NCBI GenBank assembly: GCA_044892525.1
Contig: CM097888.1
Span: forward strand, 39,742,001 to 39,806,000
Direction of reading: 5' to 3'
DNA: 64,000 nucleotides
Source of the DNA: Schmidtea polychroa
Lineage: Eukaryota
The notes under the pieces were generated by a model. The model was given only the letters and a program-made list of their open reading frames with translations, was not told where the DNA came from and ran no database searches. This document shows, piece by piece, positions 53,391 through 64,000 of the stretch. Numbering within the stretch: the first letter of the stretch is position 1; the number at the start of each line of letters is the position of its first letter. The position numbers and the translations under genes are program-made.

Positions 53391-55084
53391 CTGGAATTAA
53401 TTTCTTTGTTGTTTTTTAGCTAATATTAAGACATTTTAAAGTACATGTATGGAAATAATGGACACTCTAAAGTACATTAATTAATAAAGTACGGCACTCG
53501 AAGACAAAGTACAGTACTTTGAAATAAAGTACGAATGTATTTTTTCATTCTAGTTCCATGCTCAATAACATAATTTTTAATTAATTACATTTTATTTCTT
53601 ATTATTTATTATTTTATTACATTTTATTATTAATTTCTTTGATATCCCAGCAATGCATTTATTATTGCGATTGGAATTTATTTGTATTTAACATTATTTT
53701 TCAAATATTTTTTATTCAATTTTCAATAGTTTTATTTTATAGGTTTCATAAATTTTCAAAATCTAAATCAGTTCTCAATGGCGGATTATGGAAATTTCAC
53801 ACATCTTTCATATATTCCGAATTCAGATCATATTTACGTTGTTTCTAACGAGTAAGAATTGTGCATTATTAGCTTTTAGACATGCCTTCAATAATTTAAA
53901 GCCCGCTTAATAGAAATATTATTATTAAAAGACTGTAAATCGTACATGAAAAGCTTCCTTTTGCTTCGCTAATACGTCTCACAAGAAAGACGCAAACTGA
54001 ATTTTGACATGCAACGAGCAATTGCATATATTGGACACTAACTCCAAGATAAGCGAAAGAAATATCACCATGGTGCATTTCGCATACAACTAAACATAAT
54101 AATTAAAAATAATTAAATAAATAATTAAATAATTAAATTAAAATAATTAAAAAACGAATATTAAAAATTCAAAATCAAAAAATCATCGAATTGAAATTTG
54201 AAAACGGCTCAGGTGTAAATAAGATGATGGGAATGATCATGGCGAGAATGGATTCATCAGAATATGTTTAAAAAGGGTCGAAATACAAGAAAATGTACAA
54301 AAACAGGAAATCGTTAATTAATTAATTAATTAATTAATTAAGGAAAACCCGAGTTAAGTAAACAGAAGGAAAAGTAAATAAAGTGGATTCTGGAAAACCA
54401 TTATCAAGACAACATGAGTAATGAAAAAACGGGAAAGAGATTATCGCAAGGGAGGCGCACGGTGGTACAATTAATTATTTCTTTCGAAGGAGAAAATATG
54501 AAAAAGGTCGTGAAGCAAAGATTGTCAAAGGGAAATGACGTAGTTGGAACACCATTAATCAATGCGATTATTTCCACTATAACAAGGAATTGAAACTCTG
54601 GAGCAATCGTAATTTTGCCTCATATAGGGATGAACAATTTTACAGTAGGATTAAAGGCAAATTAAAGTCAGAAGATAGAATTAATTAACTGAAAGGAAAA
54701 TAAAATAATCAAGTTAAGTCAAAGAATTGTTGGGTATATCGTAGTTGGTCGATGATTGTTAACTGCTAAGTACTTATCTGACTCCGAGCGTGTTATTTAA
54801 TAACGATAATGACAAATCCAAACGATTTAATTTTATTAAAGGTCCTATTATGGAAAATACATTTTATGAACATAGTAACTGTAAAATAGAAGAATGAAAT
54901 GAATTAATGAATTTGATAATTGTAATTGTAATATTGTTTATAAAAACTTAATAATAATTGTAATTATAATATGAGAGTTAAGTCGTATATGTATGTATGA
55001 CGAAAAATAATCATTATTTTGAACTTTGTTTGTTAAATTTAATACAAGAACCATAATTATTGTAATTAATAGTATATTAATTAA

Positions 55085-55301
55085 CACTAGATTTACGGGT
55101 AAAAATAGCCGTAAAAATAAGTACTTAATTCGATATGCGAAATGAGGGAGTCGGTAGAGGAGAGTAATTAATATTTACTTATATTTCATGACGTATCTGA
55201 AAACCAACATATGTATTCAAAAAATAATAAATAAGTATTATATAAATGTGTAGCAATAGAATTTTAAATGAGTCAAATTGGCTCAGCCCGTAAATTCAGT
55301 G
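55085..55301. mobile_element. 217-bp piggyBac-type MITE
   Basis: TTAA|CACTAGATTTACGG...CCGTAAATTCAGTG|TTAA. The TIR is related to that of 42219-42422. Confidence 0.8.
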
Positions 55302-56687
55302 TTAAAGAATTATGTGATATCAGTATTAATAATCATGGCGAAAAATTTTCGTGTACATTTGGGAATCCGTTAGAAATTATCGGGAAATGATTTTGTTTAT
55401 TTTCATTCTTTCAGACTGTAGATCAATGTGTTTTTTTCTAAATAAGACAAAATTTTCGTTACTACATTTTCAAGTGCCGACAATCTATATTAAAAATAAT
55501 CACACATTGATCTATGGTTTAATAAAATGAAAATAAACAAAAATAATCATAAATAACCCATCAAATGTGAGGAGGTTAAAAGATTTTAATGAGTCTATTG
55601 GGATCCATACACATTGAAAATGTATCTTCTATCATTAGAAGTCAGTTTTACGTATTTATATATTTGCGGATTTATTTTCACACTAGAGTAATTCCTGAAA
55701 TATGTGATGCTTCCTCGGGATTAAAGTTCATTCGAGAAATTAATTAATTAAATTAATAGTAATTTAATAAATGATTATTGTTGATCGATCCTGTTTGTTG
55801 AAGTTCCTATTCATGAATTTACGTCGAAAGACAAGATAATATTACATTGTGCAGAAATTCTAAATAAATAATAGTAAATCTTTTTTTTTTCAATATATTT
55901 CATTAAAACATAAATCTCTGTAGCTAAACATTATTTTATTTTGGAATGAAATTATTTATTGAAATACTTACATTCAAAATTTATTTATTTCTAATATAAT
56001 TTAGAAACGAAGTTGTGCGATTGAAGTTGAACAATCTAAACTTTGACAGCAAATACACATTGAAAAAGCAATGCACATCGGTGAGATTTTAGTAAAAATA
56101 AAATTGCTAAACATTTTACTTAAAATTAAAAATTAATCCCCAAAATAAAATAATTGTCACTAATTCATCTAAANNNNNNNNNNNNNNNNNNNNNNNNNNN
56201 NNNNNNNNNNNNNNNNNNNNNNNNNNNNNNNNNNNNNNNNNNNNNNNNNNNNNNNNNNNNNNNNNNNNNNNNNNNNNNNNNNNNNNNNNNNNNNNNNNNN
56301 NNNNNNNNNNNNNNNNNNNNNNNNNNNNNNNNNNNNNNNNNNNNNNNNNNNNNNNNNNNNNNNNNNNNNNNNNNNNNNNNNNNNNNNNNNNNNNNNNNNN
56401 NNNNNNNNNNNNNNNNNNNNNNNNNNNNNNNNNNNNNNNNNNNNNNNNNNNNNNNNNNNNNNNNNNNNNNNNNNNNNNNNNNNNNNNNNNNNNNNNNNNN
56501 NNNNNNNNNNNNNNNNNNNNNNNNNNNNNNNNNNNNNNNNNNNNNNNNNNNNNNNNNNNNNNNNNNNNNNNNNNNNNNNNNNNNNNNNNNNNNNNNNNNN
56601 NNNNNNNNNNNNNNNNNNNNNNNNNNNNNNNNNNNNNNNNNNNNNNNNNNNTTTCTAAATTTTATCGTTAACAGGAACTTATATATA

Positions 56688-57897
56688 CAGTAAAACCTCT
56701 ACTTAAGACCACCTCCCTAAAGAGACCACCTCTAGTTAAGACCTCTATTTCTTCGGAACCAAATTTACACAGTAGTTTACTGGGACAAATAACCCTCCAT
56801 AATAGGACCACCCCTCTCGTTAAGACCACTTTTCGTAAAAAATATTTTTAGTTTAAATATTTTTTGTTTAAATATTTTTTTAAAATTAAAATGGGAGTAA
56901 AAAAAACGAAAAAGGAGCTTACATTGAGCGAGAAGATGGATGTTATTAAATCTTCTGAGCGAGGAGAAGGACAGAGACTTATTGCAAGACGATTTTCTTG
57001 TAGTAAAACGCAAGTCCAAAATATCATTGTTAACAAAGAAGAAATAAAGGAGCTTTGGAACAATAATGCAAATAAAAAACTAAAACGACTAACAAATCAG
57101 CAGTTTAAACTTATCAATGAGTATGTTCTAGAGTGGTATGAAAACAAAGTGCTGCGAGGCTTTCCTATTAACGGAGAATTGTTGAAAGCATCAGCTAAGA
57201 AGATAGATATTAGTCTAAACAACAATGTATTTAAAGCTAGTAATGGCTGGTTGGAGAAATTCCTCAAGAGAAACAATATTACTTTGAGGGTTTTTATCAG
57301 GTGAATCTGCTTCCGTAGAACCATCTGTGCTATCAGATTGGTTTTCGAAAATCCCAGATGTTATTACAAACTATGAAAAGAAAGATATCTACAACATAGA
57401 TGAGACTGCTTTATTCTATAAAATGTTGCCAGGGAAATCTTTGGGTCGTGCTGGAGAAAAAACATATGGAAGTAAAAAATCCAAACAAAGAATAACAATC
57501 ATGCTTTGTGTTAATATGTTGGGAGAAAAAGAGCCACCGGTCATAATTAATAAATCTTTAAGACCTAGGTGCTTCAAAAACATCGATATGTCTAAAATGG
57601 GTGTTGAATGGCATGCAAATAGAAAGGCAGATTAAGAATCTTGGAATGGAACTGGGTGACAATAAATTAGTTGACATAATGTTTCAAGCTGAACAAAAGT
57701 TGACGAATATGATAGTTTTTGATAACAGTGAAGCCAAATCGAAGAGACAAACAACATTAGATGAGTTGTTATTATAAAATCTTCAATTTAAGTCTAGTTT
57801 TCTTTATAAAAATAAAATCCTCTTTAATAGGACCACTTCTAGTAAAGACCACTTTTGGTCCGGAACCAAGGGTGGTCCTATTAGAGAGGTTTCACTG
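56688..57897 (+). mobile_element. Tigger/pogo element, 1210 bp, frameshifted and internally deleted transposase
   Basis: TA TSD. TIRs CAGT(A/G)AAACCTCT...GACCACC. ORF from 56891 has CENP-B-type HTH motifs (FKASNGWLEKF). A one-base frameshift near 57295 leads into SGESASV...IYNIDETALFY, and the DDE region is truncated after HANRKA. Confidence 0.93.
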
Positions 57898-58522
57898 TAT
57901 TTTGTATAGAAAATACATACAACATTCAAACGAAAATTAACAGAACTTAAAAATACTTTGCTAAATCATTTTGCTAAATGACATTATGTACTTGTGGTAA
58001 AACTTTATTAGTATATTTATTAAAATTGAATATCGAAGATCGAAGCAATGTTAAGTAGAAGGCAGAAGTGACCCGTTATCAGATGACCACATGATTATTA
58101 GAACTAACTCCTTGTATACGCTTGGTGACAGACCATATTGATCATGAATACAGTGGCTGGATGTGAGCAGTTGTGTATAGTGGCTTTGGGCTGAAAAGAG
58201 TGTATGATTATAACCTTTGAAAGTGATTTCGTTTCAATTAATAGTGAATAACAAACATAGAAACAAGATCGATGATCCATTCATATAAATAAATCATAAC
58301 ATGACATACGATCAAAGATTTCTTTTAAACAAAATTTCAGTTTTTACAATTACAAATTGAAACAAAAATGGTATTCTTAGTTCTCAGCATTGTATACATT
58401 CTCATACATTCTCATACCATTCATCATTTATCCAGATCACAGTGACCCAGATAAGTAATTCGTCTTACACTTGATTAATATTTAATACTTATTTAATATT
58501 AAACTACTTATATATTTAACAG

Positions 58523-60228
58523 GAACAATGCGAAAAAATCAAAATAGATGTCGTTCAAATTACTAAAGATTTGAACATCTTGTGGATTTGTTTTAATTTT
58601 ATGCTTCATTCAAATATCAATAAACTTGAAGAGCAAATGTGCTATGCATTGAATGTAAAATTCAGTTGACTTTGACGTTAAAATTTAATTGTTATCTTTA
58701 AGAAAGAAGATCTTCCCAGTAATCATATTGCTCAATGGCAGGGTAAAACTTTCATTTCAAGTGATTTTGAACATCGAACAGTTCATTCCATCTCCTCGGA
58801 TTATACATATACCGGATTTTATATGAAATCTAGCAAAGAATTAATGCTTATTAAAAATCCCCTCGTATTTACTCAGAATACTTTATCTAATATTAACAAA
58901 AATTATCTACCTACATCCGTCATAAAAGGTAATATTTGATTTAAAAATAAAATTTCTTTCAATACAATTTCATAAAACCTGACATTCATATCCAAATATG
59001 ATTTTTCTTTCCACAATCTTGCGGTGTCCATAATAGATAGGCGAATTCTCTTCAAGGAATTTTCGAAGTCAATCAACTATCATGGAATAAGTATTGAGAT
59101 TCGAAGGATTGTGTGAAGTTAATCTTAATTTACATGCAAACATTTTGCAGTTTTCTCAATCAGTTATCTATCAAACCAATAGTTGACATTATAGTCTACT
59201 TCACACTTGACATCCTCTTTTTTCCTAGCGAGGTTTCTGTTCTCACTGAGATCACCTTAAGATACTTATAAATATAATTTTATTTCATGGAAATTACGAA
59301 ACCACCTTACATTTTTGTTGTACTAATAACAATTTTTAAATAAATACTTTTTTATGAAAAGAACAAAAAAAATATATCATGTGTTTAAATGTCATGTAAC
59401 CGTCTTACAATTGTTGCTTATTTATTGTCTATTGCAGTGTTTCCCACGGTGGGGCATCACGACTCAGAGGTGGGTCACCGCGCTTCAGAGGTTGGGCACG
59501 TCAGCAATTATTATGCTCATTCACGACTAAATATAACAATGTGCATATAGCAATTTCATCGACCCTTATTTTTGCATACTGGCAATACTGATTATCGAAG
59601 TTTGACAGCTATTTCAAAGGAGCCGGTGTGGCATAACTTTTGAAAATACTACGGTGGGGCATGGTATAAAGAAGGTTGGGNNNNNNNNNNNNNNNNNNNN
59701 NNNNNNNNNNNNNNNNNNNNNNNNNNNNNNNNNNNNNNNNNNNNNNNNNNNNNNNNNNNNNNNNNNNNNNNNNNNNNNNNNNNNNNNNNNNNNNNNNNNN
59801 NNNNNNNNNNNNNNNNNNNNNNNNNNNTTTATAAAGTATACCTAACGATAACTTACAAACACGCTAGTTATTTTACTGGAATTTTATAAAAATTTTATAG
59901 TTCACAAATTAATTTTGTTCTTTCATCATTTAGCTCCAGGAGATTTTATTACTTCTTTCCAGCACAATAAGTCGATTTATTTTCTCTATACAGAAACAGA
60001 TTTTTTATGTGGATATAAGGAAAATGTCCTCCTTACACGCTTGATAAGGCTGTGTGAAAATGACAAAGGGATCCAATCAGGACAGTTTTCTGTCTTTAAC
60101 AAAGTAAATGTCGAATGTCAGCAAGTGAACAGTAACAAAGATGTACCACCCTTCAAATATCGAATAGCAACTAATGGACATTGGCTTTCTCTCAGCAAAC
60201 AGCTCGTTGTGACATTCACCAGCAATTA
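58523..60228 (+). CDS. Divergent SEMA-domain protein (semaphorin/plexin family), internal exons
   Basis: Exons 58523-58654, 58703-58928 and 59934-60228 join in phase (0, then 1) with GT-AG and no stops. FITSFQHNKSIYFLYTE...TRLIRLCENDKG...FSVFNKVNVEC matches the SEMA motif FV.SF....YFFF.E...SR.ARVC.ND.G...F.K..L.C. Confidence 0.75.
59435..59680. mobile_element. Buster-type hAT MITE in the SEMA-gene intron; right end runs into a gap
   Basis: Left TIR CAGTGTTTCCCAC preceded by GTCTATTG. AAGGTTGGG immediately before the N-run fits the start of the right TIR. Confidence 0.7.
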
Positions 60229-60948
60229 GTAAGCCTATTTTTATTAGTTAATGATAATAAAAGAGAAAATCAGAAAAAAATATTTTCTAAAGGTTAGTAA
60301 AAGCAGCCTTTGAATAACTTGAATATTTTTTGTTTATAAATATTCTTTTTTCTTTTTTCCTAATTATATTCTACTGATTTTTATGAAATTATTACATGCA
60401 CTATTTTTATTATAACCAGTTATCGTGGTCAAATAAAACGACCTATCATCCTGCTGTTAATTTACGCAATTATAAGCTAGTTTTTTAGTAAATAGTAAAA
60501 ACATGATAAAATTTTCAAAAAATCACTAATTCTCAATAAAAGATTACAATACTTTTTATATTATTTAAATTTTGGAATATTATGCTACTGAGAAACCATT
60601 AATTTTAAGCGAAACTCTCAAATACAAAAGTTTAGCGAAAGTTCAATAAATGAAAAAGTATTTAAAGTAAAAAATATTTTTTTATATTTTCTATTATTTG
60701 AAAATTTTGTACTTTTATCGTAGTGCAATTAATCAAAAGAGAAAGAAATCTTAAAAAAAAATAAATATCAACGAGTAGATAAATTTCAATTTAAAGTAGT
60801 CAATGATTATATAACCGAAAATTTCCCTTTAATAAAAAATTTATAACATATCTTTTTAATATATCGAATTTTATTTAAACGTCATTGACTGTCTATTTAT
60901 TTTCAAAGAAACCCTTTATTTATAATTCTAATAAACGTTCCCTTTAGT

Positions 60949-61306
60949 CTAGCGTACCGTGAGGTTCTTGCGCCTGGGGACAACTGAGAAATTAGCGCCC
61001 CCTTATATATATATATATATATATATAAAATACAGTTTAACATTAAATATTAATTCTTCTGGCTTTTGTCGTGGCAAAAATATCTATAATCTCATTAAAA
61101 TCAAATTTTTCAAAATTTCTGAATGCACATCTATTCTAAGAAACTAATGAAGTAATAAAAAATATATTAATCTCTTAGATCTTATGAATAATTTATTACT
61201 TAATTTTTGTTCCAAATTGGCTTCCCTAGTTTTGCGCCCCCTAATTTTTGCGCCCGGGGACAAATGTCCCCCCTGCCCCCCTCCCCCCTCCCTAGTTACG
61301 CCACTG
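60949..61306. mobile_element. hAT-type MITE (CAGTGGCGTA family)
   Basis: Right TIR TAGTTACGCCACTG and decayed left end CTAGCGTACC. GCGCCCCC/GGGGACAA subterminal motifs. TSD CCTTTAGT/CCTTTAGA (7/8). Contains a (TA)n tract. Confidence 0.75.
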
Positions 61307-62269
61307 CCTTTAGAACAACAGGATCTCTGAGTGTAAAACCAATATGCTTAACAGGCAAAATCACTAAATGTGTATATGCAAAATCACTTTTACACTGCAT
61401 CAAAATTGATGACTTAACATTCATAGTCTATGTTATTTTTGAATTTCATTTCTGTTTTGATTTTAGAAAATTCAAATTAAATTCAAATAGTAAAAATTAT
61501 GTTTTGTTTGACGATTTTTGGCATGCGCGACAGCTTGTGATAACTACAACACTGCACACTTGCGCAAAACGTTGATCCTAATATATAAAAAAATTAACAT
61601 CAATTAATCAGTTAACATGAAGATAAATCTCTCTAAACGCATAAGACATATAATACAAAAATTTGTAAATATTTTTATTTGATTTCATAAATTTTAAATA
61701 ATTAAACTGCACTATTGCTGTCATTAAAATTGATATTATTATATTTTCAAATTTAAATATCAATGATTTCAAAATGCAAATTTTATTATCCAAATATAAT
61801 TTATATTTATTTATATATTTCGTTTTTTCTGATATATAATCTGTAAACAAATTATTACTGGCATGGAATTTTGTGAACTCGCGACAGTAATATCTATGCA
61901 AAAATATTGATACAATTTGACTATTAAAATCCTATTAGAGATTATATAATGGTTAATTTTAAAATTAAATAAGAATATGAATTAAAATAAAAATAAAATA
62001 AACCACAAATATCGAAAATTTAAGGAAGAATATCAGAAATTAATTATATTAAATAGAGCCATTTCAAAGTTTAAGAAAATAAATAATTAAAAAAGAAAAT
62101 AAAGAATAATAAGATAAAATACAAAATACGAAATTTGTTTTACCAGATGAAATGAATAGTGCATTTTAACATGTATGAATATCATGGTAAAAAAGCCACT
62201 AAAACTCTCAATTCTATAAAATACATTATTAACCAAAACTACTAAGACTCTCATATACTATACTTTTAA

Positions 62270-62501
62270 CACCAGAACTACCAAAAATTACCCTTTATAT
62301 ACTGTTGTTGGTATAAGTAGCCAAAGTAAAAAAAAACTTTCTATAATTAAGCAAACACAAAATAAAATTCATTATAATAAACATCACTAGAAAAGTCAAT
62401 AATTCATATATGTCATAATTCATAAAAAAAATAAAAAATTGATGATGAATTAAGGATAAAAAGTAAAACCAGTCATTTTGATTGGTATGGTAGTTCTAGT
62501 G
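62270..62501. mobile_element. 232-bp piggyBac-type MITE
   Basis: TTAA|CACCAGAACTACC...GGTAGTTCTAGTG|TTAA, with subterminal CCAGTCATTTTGATTGG. Confidence 0.8.
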
Positions 62502-64000
62502 TTAAAAATAATTCTACACCTGCATTATATATTTCTAAATTTCGTGTGAATCGTGATTCGGATTAAAAAAAAATAGAACCCATCATAAATAATTTCTGCA
62601 TCGACATGATAGAATTAAATAAAATCTCAGAGGGCAGAATAACTTAGGAGTAAATTCAGTCACCTAAGTGAATTTAAATATATATTGGTATTGTTTAATT
62701 CTGAGGCGTAGAAAGCTTTGAAGTATAACATTATAAAAAGTATTGGTGGCGCCAATTTTAAGACAGTGTCTAATTTATTTAAAAATGAGTAGTATATTTT
62801 TAATTGAATGTCATACATCATTTAATCTGTGTTCTTATATAGTTTAGTAATTCTCATACAATAAGAGTTATCAACATCGAAAAACTGCCATTTATCTCTG
62901 TATTTGACTTCAAGAAAATTATTTACTTAGTGAAATGAGTAATATTTGTAAGCACAGAAAAGTTTGTAAAATGAAAATAAGCATACCTTATTATAATATT
63001 ATGAAAACTTTAGCAAAGATGGAGAAAAAATTGCCTGTCATGCATTAATGTTAAAATAGTTTTTATCCTTAGATATTGTTCAGAATGATCATATTATGAG
63101 AGGTTTAAAACATATTTTAATTGTTTCGGAGGGTCTTTGTATATTTTGGTTTTAATTTTTACAGACAATATAGTACAATCATTCATAATTTTATAAACAT
63201 ATCTTTTATTTAGGCGTATAGTTACATTTAGTTGACAATAAATCTCTTAAAATATATCGTGAAATATATATTTATTAATGTCATTTTGCTTTATTTAAAT
63301 CGTTGTATAATTAAGGAATATTTTAACAGTGATGTATGAAAAAGTATATTACTTCGGGAATAAAAAATTATACCTTAGGAAAACTCTGAGCTGTGAAGAG
63401 GAAAATAAAAAAAGAAGGATTCAGTCGCTATCTTAAAACGAGGAATTATAATTATACCTTAAAGATGCAATTCTCAATATGTGTGCCACGACATGTTTAT
63501 AAAATTTTTAAATTTGCTAGTGTTTTTAGGGAAAATTTAAAATACACTATATAAGGATTTTAAAATAAAAATTTTTGTTTGATATATTTTCGAACTTTTT
63601 CAAAGTGTTAGAAATTTTATGTTAAATTAAAAAAAAATTTTAAATCTAATTTATCAAAGTATGAATTATAATACTTTGAAGGAAGAAAACAAAATCTCTA
63701 TAATATGTATAGATGTTCCCCCTATTTTTGCGAAGGGAACAGAATAATAAAAAATTAATAAGAATTACATTACATAAAACTTTTATTCCATAAAAATTGA
63801 TAAGTCTTTCCATGTGGGTCGCAAACCAAAAATCACTGCCTTTCATAAATACTTTCATAAATACTTTCATAAAATCGAGCATTTCACTCGAATGTTATGG
63901 ACCATTGATATATTTATTTTCTAGTGCAGTGTGAAAGATTTTCTTTTGATTTCAAACATTGTGACACTTGTGAAAAACTTCAACTATTAAAAAATTAATG

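Larger units (their letters stand above)
17239..59827. other. Seven assembly gaps (N runs) scattered in this span
   Basis: Approximately 17239-17504, 23472-23632, 29056-29222, 30281-30435, 31170-31299, 56174-56651 and 59681-59827. Confidence 0.95.

Noticed and set aside
17232-56693. ORFs in the track containing X runs
   Set aside because: Artefacts of translating through N gaps. The exception is 29527, which is a real ORF up to the gap.
57290-57304. Programmed frameshift in the Tigger transposase
   Set aside because: A single extra T in a T-run explains it. There is no slippery heptamer or downstream structure, and the element is deleted anyway.
58368-58456. Signal-peptide-like MVFLVLSIVYILI as the first SEMA exon
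   Set aside because: The frame hits TGA before the donor and cannot join the phase-0 exon at 58523. It is also too close to leave room for the N-terminal SEMA blades.

Overview
AT-rich (roughly 70-75% by eye) animal genomic DNA with seven N-gaps and many 42-62-nt introns. This style would fit a planarian-type flatworm, but that is inference and cannot be verified here. Host genes reconstructed by hand from splice phases: the 3' part of syntaxin-6 (+); a three-exon retinal homeobox gene rx (octapeptide plus Rx homeodomain, 7.1-kb second intron, no clear OAR tail) (+); an intronless atypical Pim-like kinase (+); COPB1 (-); DCTN2/dynamitin (-, nine exons resolved, last exon uncertain); and three phase-compatible exons of a very divergent SEMA-domain gene (+). 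A decayed PSMA4-like proteasome pseudogene is also present. Much of the rest is transposon debris: nested hAT elements of three kinds (ZMYM1-like, Ac/ZBED1-like, Buster-like), TA-flanked Tc1/pogo MITEs including two near-identical 216-bp copies, a Tigger element, a piggyBac remnant with five TTAA MITEs, and Gypsy and LINE fossils. The oddest structures are a perfect 179-bp hairpin inside a nested MITE, a 71-bp piggyBac MITE inserted in frame in a Gypsy integrase, and a same-strand AGGTCA array. I found no CRISPR, rRNA or tRNA, and no clearly new multi-gene system.
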